From: Vulcanimicrobiota bacterium
GTDB lineage: Bacteria; Vulcanimicrobiota; Xenobia; Xenobiales; JADMJV01
Reading direction: 5' to 3'
Assembly: GCA_050250895.1 (NCBI GenBank)
Contig: JBFWNU010000003.1
Span: 746,109 to 810,108, forward strand
DNA: 64,000 nt
The position numbers and the translations under genes were made by a program. Positions 55,949 to 64,000 of this stretch are shown piece after piece (within the stretch, counting starts at the first letter, position 1; each line of letters begins with the position of its first letter). The notes beneath the pieces were generated by a model. It made no database searches, was not told the DNA's origin, and was given only the letters and a program-made list of their open reading frames with translations.

Positions 55949-57306
55949 CAAGGCGCCTGAAAGTCCGGGCTGCTCAAGGCCAGGTCCAGCAACCGCCCGG
56001 GCTTGCCTCGGGCCGCCTCGAGGGCGGCCATCGTGTCGGCGGTTGCCTGACCCAACAGGTAGCGTTGCAAAGCTTGTTCGGGAGTGGCCGCCGGCGTCGC
56101 GAGGCTGGCAATGACCTGTCGGCGAGCCTTGAGCCCGACCGTCGACAACCAGGTCGAGGCGCGGTCGGGCCACCCCCCGGGATTGGGGCAATAGTAGGGC
56201 GAACCCATCTCTTCAATGGCAGCCACGGCCGCCTCGGGCACCGGCTCGGTGCCGCTGGCCGCCAGGGCCGAGCAGACGAACTGGGTCGGCGTGGCCAGCT
56301 TGGCGCCGCCCTCGCGAAATTCGGGCGAGTCGAGGATGACGCCCATCACCTCGGCGATCTCGCCCCCGCTGGCTAGATAGGTTTGGGCCGCCCGTTCGAC
56401 CAGGGCCGGCGGCGGGGTGTCGCTCACGAACCGGGTGACCAGTTTTTGACTGAGGAAGTGGGCTGTGGCCGGGTGGACCGCCAACATGGCGAGGGCCGCC
56501 TGTCCATCCTCCAGCGACTGGCCCAGAATGACCTGTGGCCCGGGGGCGTGATAGTCGGGATAGTACCGAAACTGCAGATAGTCGGGTTGACCGGGGTCGT
56601 TCTGGTAGGACCAGCCCGAGAAGAGGCGGGCACAGGCGACCACTTCAGCCTGGCTGTAGACGGGCCCGCAGGTGTAGAGTTCGAGCAGTTCGCGACCGAA
56701 GTTCTCGTTGACCGCCTGCCCGGGCGAAACCGTGTTGTCGAGGTTCTCGAGCACGGCCGGATTGGTCACCGCCACGCGTAACAGGTCGCCGAACTTGCCC
56801 AGGGCGTGGCGGCGCAGGTCGTCTTCAAGCCGGCCGAAGTTGCAGGCCACCACTTCGTTTTTGCGCGGGTCGGCGTTGAAGTGGTTGAACCAGAACTCGG
56901 TCATCACCTCGCGCAACTGCCATTTGCTGGTCAGCCCGCGCACTAGCCGCGCGCGTTGGCGCTCGCGCACCAGCACCTGGGTGGCCTGGGGGTGGTCCAC
57001 CAGGGCTCGGTAGATCTCGGCCGGGGGAAGCTCGAGATAAGGCAGGCTCTTGAGTTGGACTTGCACCGGCGGTTCGGGCCGCCGGTCGGGATGCAACTGT
57101 TCGGCCAGATAGGCATCGAGGCCCTGGTGACGAGCCGCCTGGAGATCCGCCTCGGTGGTGGCCATGCGAGTGCGACGCAGGGCTCGAACGGTCTGGTCCT
57201 CGTCGGCCCCGGCCCCGGTCAGGCAGACGAGTGCCAGCGCCAGACTCAGGAGCCGGCGCGTTCGACGCCGTTGACCGAATGAATACGGACGCTCTTGACG
57301 GCCCAT
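55948..57306 (-). CDS. DUF1800 domain protein
   Basis: QLREVMTEFWFNHF, LDN, NENFGRELLEL, HPATAHFLSQKL; start uncertain (ATG 57306 chosen). Confidence 0.85.
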   Translation of the reverse strand: MGRQERPYSFGQRRRTRRLLSLALALVCLTGAGADEDQTVRALRRTRMATTEADLQAARHQGLDAYLAEQLHPDRRPEPPVQVQLKSLPYLELPPAEIYRALVDHPQATQVLVRERQRARLVRGLTSKWQLREVMTEFWFNHFNADPRKNEVVACNFGRLEDDLRRHALGKFGDLLRVAVTNPAVLENLDNTVSPGQAVNENFGRELLELYTCGPVYSQAEVVACARLFSGWSYQNDPGQPDYLQFRYYPDYHAPGPQVILGQSLEDGQAALAMLAVHPATAHFLSQKLVTRFVSDTPPPALVERAAQTYLASGGEIAEVMGVILDSPEFREGGAKLATPTQFVCSALAASGTEPVPEAAVAAIEEMGSPYYCPNPGGWPDRASTWLSTVGLKARRQVIASLATPAATPEQALQRYLLGQATADTMAALEAARGKPGRLLDLALSSPDFQAP

Positions 57307-57710
57307 TTGTCCCCATTGCCGGCCATGTCGAAATCGAGCACCACCGGCACGTTGGTGGTGTCTTCGCCCAGGGTACCTTCGAAGGGGACCAGGGCGTGAT
57401 AGCGGCTGGCGTCGACCTTGTTCAACACCGGCGAGGCCGTCATCTTGAGATGCCACTCGCGGTCTTCAGACTCGGGGTCGGCGATGGGAAAGAGCCCCTC
57501 CACCGAGCGAAACTGAACGTAATACGACAAAGACGTCAGGATCTTTTCCTGTTCGGGCGGAGCCTTTGGCTGGGCCGGCGGAGGAGTGTAGGTGCGCTTG
57601 GGAGTGCTCTTGAAGGCGGGTGCGCTGCTACCGCCACCCCCGCCGCCCCAGGCCAGCACCAGCTGGGGAAGGAGCAGGAGGGTAAACACCAGGGCCAGAC
57701 TTTTCCTCAT
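57246..57710 (-). CDS. Hypothetical secreted protein
   Basis: Signal peptide MRKSLALVFTLLLLPQLVLA, then a Gly/Pro linker and a small beta-rich domain. Confidence 0.72.
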   Translation of the reverse strand: MRKSLALVFTLLLLPQLVLAWGGGGGGSSAPAFKSTPKRTYTPPPAQPKAPPEQEKILTSLSYYVQFRSVEGLFPIADPESEDREWHLKMTASPVLNKVDASRYHALVPFEGTLGEDTTNVPVVLDFDMAGNGDKWAVKSVRIHSVNGVERAGS

Positions 57711-57743
57711 CAGCCCTACTTTCGCCCACACGAGCGAATACCT

Positions 57744-58184
57744 TTAAGCGAGGTTGTGTTTGACGGCGACTTCGATGAGACCGCGGAAGGCTCCGCAGCC
57801 GGCCATTCCACCAACCACGGCGGCTCCTACGGGAGCTCCACCGGTAGCGGCGACCGAGCCGATCAAGGACCCGGTGGCAGCCAGGCTGGCTCCCGCGATG
57901 GCTCTCTCGACGAGAGTGCCGGGGATGTCGCTTTTGGCGCCCATGTAGGCGCCCACCACACCCGAGCCGGCCGCGGCTACCAGCGATCCGCCCGGTCCGA
58001 AGTAGTTGGCCACCGCTCCAGCGGCAGAAAAGCCACCTACGGTCAAAATGTTGCGACCGACGATGCCGAGATCTTCGACGGCAGTCTTGGTCCAGGAATC
58101 CCCGGCCGGTTGCTGGCTGGGAGCCTGCTGAGCCGCGGCGCGATAGGGGGTAGGGGTTTGACGGGGGACAGAAGAGATGTGCAT
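57744..58184 (-). CDS. Hypothetical Gly-zipper-like membrane protein with disordered N-terminus
   Basis: AAAGG RBS; MHISSVPRQTP...; Gly/Ala-rich hydrophobic helices. Confidence 0.72.
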   Translation of the reverse strand: MHISSVPRQTPTPYRAAAQQAPSQQPAGDSWTKTAVEDLGIVGRNILTVGGFSAAGAVANYFGPGGSLVAAAGSGVVGAYMGAKSDIPGTLVERAIAGASLAATGSLIGSVAATGGAPVGAAVVGGMAGCGAFRGLIEVAVKHNLA

Positions 58185-58266
58185 AACGAACCTTTCGTGC
58201 GTATTCTCTTCCGCGTGCCTTTTCAGGCTAGTGTAAGGGCCTGAAAAAAACCTGAATTACCCTGAG

Positions 58267-59127
58267 TTAAAGCAGAAAGTGCACGGCTGCCGCCGCCGCT
58301 GCCCCCAGCCCGATGCCGGCCACGGCTGCTCCCACTCCGGCCCAGACCGGACTGGTCTTGGCGGTGTGCTGCAGGGTCGGATAGGTGTAGTCACCGACCT
58401 TGCGCCAGCTGATGTTGGGATAGAAGTCGTGGTCGTAACCGCGCAGGGTCGACCAGGTCTCGCACACCTGGCGATCGTTGCCATTGGAGTCGTGCTCGGT
58501 ATGGCAGCGGCTCTCGTGCCAGACATCGGGATCGATGTCTTCGGTGTAGCCGGTCATGGTGGGATGCGAGATGTCGTCTTGCATCCAGACTTCTTCGATC
58601 TTATCGTCATCGACAGCCTTGTAGCCGATGAATCCCCCCGCCGCCGCACCCAGCAGGCCGCCGGCCACCCCGGCAATCGCTCCACCGGTGCCCGTCAGCG
58701 GCGCCATGGCCGCCAGAATGCCCACGCCGGCGCCAGCGCCGGCGGCCAATCCCAGGCCCAGGCTGGTAAAGAAACTCTTCTTCTGGTCGTAGGTCTTTTC
58801 GGTCAGGGTCTGGGTGACCGACTCCTTGCGAGGATTGTTGCTGTTGTCATAGACCGGCACATCGCGATAGACGCCCACCGGTCCCATCTCGCACGAGCCG
58901 CCGCCGCAACTGTAGTGGCGGCTGGAGCCGGTCCACCATCCCCAACCCGGCACGGGATAACTCCAGGCGTGCTCGTAATAGTCTTGCGGGATGCTGCCCA
59001 ATCGCTCTCTCGACAAGACGGGCTGGTCCCAGGTGCGAGTAATCGTCTTCTCTTCGCGAGGGTCGAACGGCAGGAGCTTTCGGCTCACCGGCCGAGGATT
59101 GCTGGGGGCTTCGGATGTGATGCGCAA
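58267..59127 (-). CDS. Hypothetical membrane protein with Gly-rich TM hairpin and two Cys-containing loops
   Basis: TTG start after AGAGGA; two TM regions; SCGGGSC and C...C segments. Confidence 0.72.
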   Translation of the reverse strand: MRITSEAPSNPRPVSRKLLPFDPREEKTITRTWDQPVLSRERLGSIPQDYYEHAWSYPVPGWGWWTGSSRHYSCGGGSCEMGPVGVYRDVPVYDNSNNPRKESVTQTLTEKTYDQKKSFFTSLGLGLAAGAGAGVGILAAMAPLTGTGGAIAGVAGGLLGAAAGGFIGYKAVDDDKIEEVWMQDDISHPTMTGYTEDIDPDVWHESRCHTEHDSNGNDRQVCETWSTLRGYDHDFYPNISWRKVGDYTYPTLQHTAKTSPVWAGVGAAVAGIGLGAAAAAAVHFLL

Positions 59128-59370
59128 GGGGGGGTCCTCTCTCTGGCGTGGACCCTGGCATCCTAACATCGCAAAGCTCGCAGGATTTTTCCGAAATGTA
59201 AAGGGCTCGCCTTCGCGGCGCCAAGGAGCCGAGCTGCGCTCGGAGATGGTAGTGGAGCTAGCTCCAAGAAGGGAGCCCTGACTTCGCTTGCGCTCGTCAG
59301 GGAGATGGGAGCGAGGTTCGCAGGCTCACCTCGAGATTTTGACGCTTCGCGTCGCCGGGCTTGGCCGGGG

Positions 59371-59455
59371 GTGTGCGCCGTACACTCGCTCCAACACAGT
59401 GTACGGCGTACACGTGCGCCGTACACCGAAGAAGCCACTCTGTACGGCGCACAAT
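59371..59455. repeat. Hairpin doublet of the 23-25 kb array family with different 15-nt spacers
   Basis: GTGTGCGCCGTACA-ctcgctccaacacag-TGTACGGCGTACAC then GTGCGCCGTACA-ccgaagaagccactc-TGTACGGCGCAC. Confidence 0.85.
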
Positions 59456-59665
59456 CCAAGTCTCCGGGCCGACGCCGCCGCCCGCCGGTTCGCGGACTCG
59501 CCAAGAGATGTGTCGGGGCAGTCGGGTGTGGCCGGGTCGCTTGGCCGGGCGGCCAAGCCGGGGGGACGCTACGGAAGCTAGGCGGAATGTCTAGAGAACT
59601 GGGGTGAGACGGCGAGTCCATGATGTGTCGGCTCAGATACATCCGTTTCAACGGAACTGTTTGAG

Positions 59666-60184
59666 ATGTTTCACCTTGTGAAAAGCCTCCACTTGATAGA
59701 CAAGAACTTCGACGCGACGGCGGATTGGCGAGGGCTTCCGCGGCACGGTGAACTGCAGGGCATCTACTCTGAGGGTTCCGAGACCTTCACCGTATCCGAT
59801 TTGGGAATCGGATTTTTTCTCCGCCAACAACCGACATTCGTGGAATATGACCAAATAGCGTCGTTCCTGCATCCAGTGTTCTCAGAGCTTCAGTTCTTCA
59901 AGATTCGCCTGCGGACCGGTCAAACCATAAGTCTCACTCGCTCAAGCTCCTTTTTTCGGTTCCTCGAGACTTTGGTGTTCGACCTCGCGACGGAGAATGG
60001 CTTTGAAGAAGTCAGTTGTGAACTTTGGGGAATTCCCGAAGATCTTCTAGCCCTTCCATCCGAGGAAAGGTTCGAAGCACTCTGTCGATACCGAGCTTCA
60101 CTGATGGACGGGGGACTTGACCCAGACGTCGTCGCACCCCTCCAAACGAGGACCCTAGGCCACGCCGCGGGACGTGAGCATTGA
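59666..60184 (+). CDS. Orphan hypothetical protein (lower GC)
   Basis: ORF track; atypical codon usage. Confidence 0.6.
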   Translation: MFHLVKSLHLIDKNFDATADWRGLPRHGELQGIYSEGSETFTVSDLGIGFFLRQQPTFVEYDQIASFLHPVFSELQFFKIRLRTGQTISLTRSSSFFRFLETLVFDLATENGFEEVSCELWGIPEDLLALPSEERFEALCRYRASLMDGGLDPDVVAPLQTRTLGHAAGREH

Positions 60185-60344
60185 CCCCGAGGTAGAGGGG
60201 AGTCGCTCAGAAACTCGGGCGTGCTCTGCCCGCGTCGAAGACGTAAACTGGTCGCGCGCTCCCGGCGGATGGAGGTTGGCGGCTACGGAATCCGAAGGGT
60301 TAGGGTAGAAGGGCCTTCTGGCTACTGCTAACGGAGGATGCCGT

Positions 60345-60965
60345 GTGTTCGGGTTTGTGAGGATAGTCCCAAAGGATGGAGGTCTGGTGCCGGACCTTCC
60401 CGCGGGCGCGTCGTTCGCCGTATTGGTCTATTCCAGGGATGGAAAGTGGGCCATCTGTGATTGGGATGCGGATGAGGACGAGGAAGAAGGAGTTCCCAGT
60501 TCGGGCCACCGCATAGAATTCGGCGAGAGGCTGAGGGCGATGGTCTATTCGGCGGAAAAATATCCACCGAGTCTGGTGCTGGGCCTACGGGCTGTGATGG
60601 ACCGTTTTCCAAAGGACCCAACACGCGAATCCGCTCGGCTGATTTTCGAGGAGCAACTGGCGGCCTCGATTTATTCTCTTCTGAAAGGACAGCGGACATC
60701 CCCCTTTCTTCTCGCCGAGGCGTCTAGAGGCGACTCAATAGACTTTGCCAAAGGCGAGTTTTATTGGGTCGTAGGGCGAACCGCGAGCACTCCGAGAGCT
60801 TACAGATACCTCCAGGAACGCGGCGACTATAGAGAGGGCGACGAGTTTGTCTACTGGCTCGACGACCGGTGGCTCGATGTCTTACCATCGACCGCCTTCT
60901 TCCTTGACGACCAGGCTTTGGCCGGGCTCCCCGTGCTGGAGGGTGAAGGTTTCAGATATGTCTAG
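60345..60965 (+). CDS. Orphan hypothetical protein (lower GC)
   Basis: GGAGGA RBS upstream; atypical codon usage. Confidence 0.65.
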   Translation: MFGFVRIVPKDGGLVPDLPAGASFAVLVYSRDGKWAICDWDADEDEEEGVPSSGHRIEFGERLRAMVYSAEKYPPSLVLGLRAVMDRFPKDPTRESARLIFEEQLAASIYSLLKGQRTSPFLLAEASRGDSIDFAKGEFYWVVGRTASTPRAYRYLQERGDYREGDEFVYWLDDRWLDVLPSTAFFLDDQALAGLPVLEGEGFRYV

Positions 60966-61135
60966 GCGATTGGCGGAAGCTCGTTGCTTTCACGCTGTCC
61001 CTCGACCGACACGGCTTCTAGCCCAATGAGCCAAACCAAGCACCCCATCCCTGACGAGCGAAGCGAGTTTAGCTCCCCTCTTGGAGCTCTGCTCCACTCC
61101 CATCTCCGAGCGCAGCTCGGCTCCCCTTGACCGCG

Positions 61136-61726
61136 TTAAGCGGTCAACAGCGTGGGGTTCTGGATGCGACGGCGGCGGGGGGCGGCCTGGCGGTCGGTGG
61201 TCTGGCCCAGGAACGACTCTACCAGCGGCTGCTCTTCACCGGGCTCGGTCGGATTGGTGATGGGCTTCTCGATCACGCCGGCCGAAGCTTCCTGACGCCG
61301 GGCGCGCCGTTGGAGAATCTCGTTGGCTTTGTCACTAAGATTGGTGGTGTCGCGCGGGGCCTCGGGGGCGCGGGTCTCGTTGTTGAGACCCAGCAAGGCC
61401 CGCAGGCCGTCGAGCGAACTCATGCCAGCGCCGCCAGCCGGCAGATTGGCGTTGGCGCCGCCCACCTGGTTGCGATTGCCCGAGGCTTTGACGGCCATTT
61501 CACGCTGCTGCAGCAGGAGCTCGGCGGAGCGAGGGTCTGACGAGGGTCCACCGCTTGGCGGCGGGGGAGGGGGAGGCGGAATCAGACCTTCCAGGCTCTG
61601 GCGCATGTTCTGGATGAGCGCCAGCAGTTCAGCTGCGCTGAACTGGCTCGAGGTATCCTGGCGCTGCTTGGTCGCCCGGACTTTTGACTCGATTCTGTTG
61701 GGGCCGATAGGTCCGATTTCCGTCAT
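61136..61726 (-). CDS. Low-complexity hypothetical protein with poly-Pro tract
   Basis: GGAGGA RBS before ATG 61726 (MTEIGPIGPNRIE...). Confidence 0.72.
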   Translation of the reverse strand: MTEIGPIGPNRIESKVRATKQRQDTSSQFSAAELLALIQNMRQSLEGLIPPPPPPPPSGGPSSDPRSAELLLQQREMAVKASGNRNQVGGANANLPAGGAGMSSLDGLRALLGLNNETRAPEAPRDTTNLSDKANEILQRRARRQEASAGVIEKPITNPTEPGEEQPLVESFLGQTTDRQAAPRRRRIQNPTLLTA

Positions 61727-61739
61727 AGTTCCTCCGTGT

Positions 61740-63227
61740 CTATCTGTTGGTGGTGGTCGAGCCCTGGCTGGCCAGAGCGGGAGTCCGGTTGGCGCCGAAG
61801 TTGGGCGTCTGGCTGACGACGCCACCCTCTTCACCGGTTTCGGCTTTGCGCAGCCCCTCTTCGACTTCGCCGCGCAGGCCCAGGATGCTCATCATCCGGC
61901 TTCGGGTTCGGGCTGCCTGGCTGGTCATCTGACCCATCTGGCGAGACAGATTACGCTGCTCGGCCTGATCGGCATTGCGCTCGGTATTGGCTTCAGATAC
62001 CTCACGCTGGGCGCTGGAGAGTCTTCCCCGGGCTTCGCCAAGACGGTTCTGACTATCGGAAAGCTGTTGTTCGGCCCGGCTATTCTCTTGCTGGGCCTGC
62101 TCTTGCTGGCGACGGGCAGAGTCGAGGCGCTGCTGGGCCGCTTGCAGTTCAGCCTGGGCGGCGGCCACCTCGGCCTGGGCGGCGGCTTTGGCCGAGGCGT
62201 CGTCAGAGTCGACGCGAGCGGCCTTGGCTTGCGCCGACGACAGCTTGCGCTGAGCGGTGTTGACCTGACTCTGCGAGACGCGTACTTCGCGGTTGGCCTG
62301 ACCTAGCTGTTGGCGAGCGTCGCTGAGCTTGCCTTTGTCGGACTGGACGGTAGCGTTGGCTTCCTGGGTCTCCTGGCTGGCCTGGGCCTCTTCGCCCCTG
62401 GCCTTCTCGGCCCGACCGGTCGATTCGCTGAGTTGCTGCTCGGCATTGGCCAGTTTCGACTTGGTCTCGCCTTCTTCGCTGTCGACCTTCTCGTTTTCGT
62501 TGCGAGCCCGACCCAGGGCGGCGTCGAGTTCGGCTTTCTTCTCTTTAAGTTCTTGCTTGAGGCGCTCTTGCTCAGCCCGGGTTTCGGGAGTGGCGCCGCT
62601 TTGAGCCGACTCGATCTCGTCGGTCAGGCCCTGGATCTCTTGACGTAGCGACTCGGTCTTTTGTTCGGCCGTCTGGGCGTTGGCACTCGACGAGTTCTGA
62701 GCTCCGGAGGAGGACGAGGCTTCGCCGGTGGATTGCTCGCCGCCGCGCGAACCGCCGTTGTCGTTATTGGCAATGGCTTCGTTGTTGCTCTCGCGATTGG
62801 CGGCCGAGGCTTCGGGCGCCGGCTTGGCGGCGTCTGATCCGATCTCGGAGAGTCCTACGTCGGCCTTGAGCGCCTCGGTCTCGGCCTTGGCCAGCTCGGC
62901 GTTGGCTTTGTCGATATCTTTGCCAGAAGACTTTTTGTCGGTAAGAGCTTTGTCGAGCTGAGTCTGAGCTTCTTTGGCCTTGAGTTCGGCGGCGTTGCGC
63001 TCTTCGATGAGTTTCAGTTCGAGACTCTGAGGGTCGCCAGCTGGCTTCTCGACCACGGCCGCGGGCTCGGGCTTGTTGCGGTTGTTGAAGAAGTCCTGAA
63101 CTGCGGCGACACTGGCGTCGGTAACCTGGGCCTCGATGGTTGGCGTGGCCACCGGGGGCTTCAGCTGAGGGTTGTTGTTAGCTGCTGCTGCTACGGCTGC
63201 AGCGTTCGGATCGACAGTCGTGGCCAT
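61740..63227 (-). CDS. Long Ala/Gln/Glu-rich coiled-coil protein
   Basis: Extended heptad-like repeats; no Sec signal; TAATG-coupled to the upstream small ORF. Confidence 0.8.
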   Translation of the reverse strand: MATTVDPNAAAVAAAANNNPQLKPPVATPTIEAQVTDASVAAVQDFFNNRNKPEPAAVVEKPAGDPQSLELKLIEERNAAELKAKEAQTQLDKALTDKKSSGKDIDKANAELAKAETEALKADVGLSEIGSDAAKPAPEASAANRESNNEAIANNDNGGSRGGEQSTGEASSSSGAQNSSSANAQTAEQKTESLRQEIQGLTDEIESAQSGATPETRAEQERLKQELKEKKAELDAALGRARNENEKVDSEEGETKSKLANAEQQLSESTGRAEKARGEEAQASQETQEANATVQSDKGKLSDARQQLGQANREVRVSQSQVNTAQRKLSSAQAKAARVDSDDASAKAAAQAEVAAAQAELQAAQQRLDSARRQQEQAQQENSRAEQQLSDSQNRLGEARGRLSSAQREVSEANTERNADQAEQRNLSRQMGQMTSQAARTRSRMMSILGLRGEVEEGLRKAETGEEGGVVSQTPNFGANRTPALASQGSTTTNR

Positions 63228-63415
63228 TAGCCTACCATCCCAACTCGCTCACCACTCTGGCGGCGGATGTTGTTGTGCATGTTGGGGCGCTCATTGGACC
63301 AGTTCACGCCCAGCATTTCACGGACATTGCCGAAGGAGCGCTCGTTCCAGTCCCGAGGGGTGGAATCGAACCAGCGAAGAGCACGGGTTGGACGCTTACG
63401 TTGGCCGAGATTCAT
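63227..63415 (-). CDS. 62-aa small protein leading the coiled-coil operon
   Basis: AGGAGG RBS, TAGACT box upstream, stop overlaps the next ATG (TAATG). Confidence 0.62.
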   Translation of the reverse strand: MNLGQRKRPTRALRWFDSTPRDWNERSFGNVREMLGVNWSNERPNMHNNIRRQSGERVGMVG

Positions 63416-63528
63416 AGAACTGACTTCCTCCTGCTTTCTGAACTCAGTCTATCTCGGAGCGGTTTCCGAAAAATTCTGGATAAGGCCGTTTTATGTAAAC
63501 AGTAAATGAACGAATTGCAACCGGCTTG

Positions 63529-64000
63529 TTAAAAGCCCCAGTAAAAGTGGGCCATGAGCATGGCCGCACTGAAGGTGACCAGCATCAAGCCGGCACCCAC
63601 CTTCACGAAGTCCTTGGCCTTGTAGCCACCGGGCCCCATTACCAGGGCGTTGACCGGATGCGAGACAGGGGTGAGGAATGCATTGGAACAGGCAATGGCT
63701 ACCAGCACGCCGATGCCGACCGGGTCGAGCCCGAGCTTGAGGGCGATTCCGATGGTGATGGGCCCGGCCAAAAGCGCCGTGACCTGGCCTCCCAGGACCT
63801 GGGCCAGAGCGGCGGTGGAGAGAAAGAAGGCGGCCACCAGGGCCAGCGGGCCGTAACTGAGGGTCCCGGCCAGGCTCTTGCCCACGATGTCGGTCCAGCC
63901 GGTCCGCTCGAGTGCGATGGCCATGGGACTCATGGCCGCGATGAGCACGATGGCCCGCCATTCAATCGAGGAATAGGCTTCGTCGGGAGTGAGGCAGCCG
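63529..64000 (-). CDS. SLC13/CitT-like permease, 3' part (5' end outside window)
   Basis: EAYSSIEW, LERTG, AFLTPVSHPVNALVMGPGGY...DFVKVG. Confidence 0.88.
   Translation of the reverse strand, partial: GCLTPDEAYSSIEWRAIVLIAAMSPMAIALERTGWTDIVGKSLAGTLSYGPLALVAAFFLSTAALAQVLGGQVTALLAGPITIGIALKLGLDPVGIGVLVAIACSNAFLTPVSHPVNALVMGPGGYKAKDFVKVGAGLMLVTFSAAMLMAHFYWGF

Larger units (their letters stand above)
59214..61135. mobile_element. Possible non-autonomous element: ~95-bp imperfect inverted repeats enclosing two orphan genes
   Basis: 59214-59309 is an imperfect reverse complement of 61043-61135; no transposase inside. Confidence 0.45.

Noticed and set aside
59600-61040. Integron cassette array
   Set aside because: No recognisable attC (RYYYAAC...GTTRRRY) pairs after the ORFs and no integrase

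Overview
GC-rich bacterial chromosomal window with roughly 65 genes and no rRNA, tRNA, CRISPR or transposase that I can support. The style of the orphan proteins suggests Candidatus Eremiobacterota/Xenobia, but this is inference only. Recognisable housekeeping and metabolic genes include aroB-aroQ-truB, hisC, rpmG, mog, groES, fadN-fadA, an aromatic acyl-CoA catabolic cluster, two histidine kinases, a NarL-type regulator and a group-2 sigma70. Accessory content: (i) a compositionally foreign Septu-like ABC-ATPase + HNH pair with an extra tandem N-terminal domain; (ii) modular palindromic intergenic repeat arrays at 11.8, 23.4-25.2, 41.9-43.1 and 59.4 kb, whose inverted-repeat units keep a fixed 15-nt variable spacer; (iii) a ~105-bp promoter/short-RNA/terminator cassette in four copies; (iv) an alkaline-phosphatase/sulfatase-superfamily envelope cluster with a stand-alone 'RLxxLGYL' tail protein; (v) two orphan genes enclosed by ~95-bp inverted repeats; (vi) many orphan proteins with disordered non-Sec N-termini; (vii) a 57-aa gene missed by the ORF track that has its own promoter, leader and terminator. 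CTCGAG is strongly over-represented, and several genes look leaderless. All calls were made by eye without database searches.
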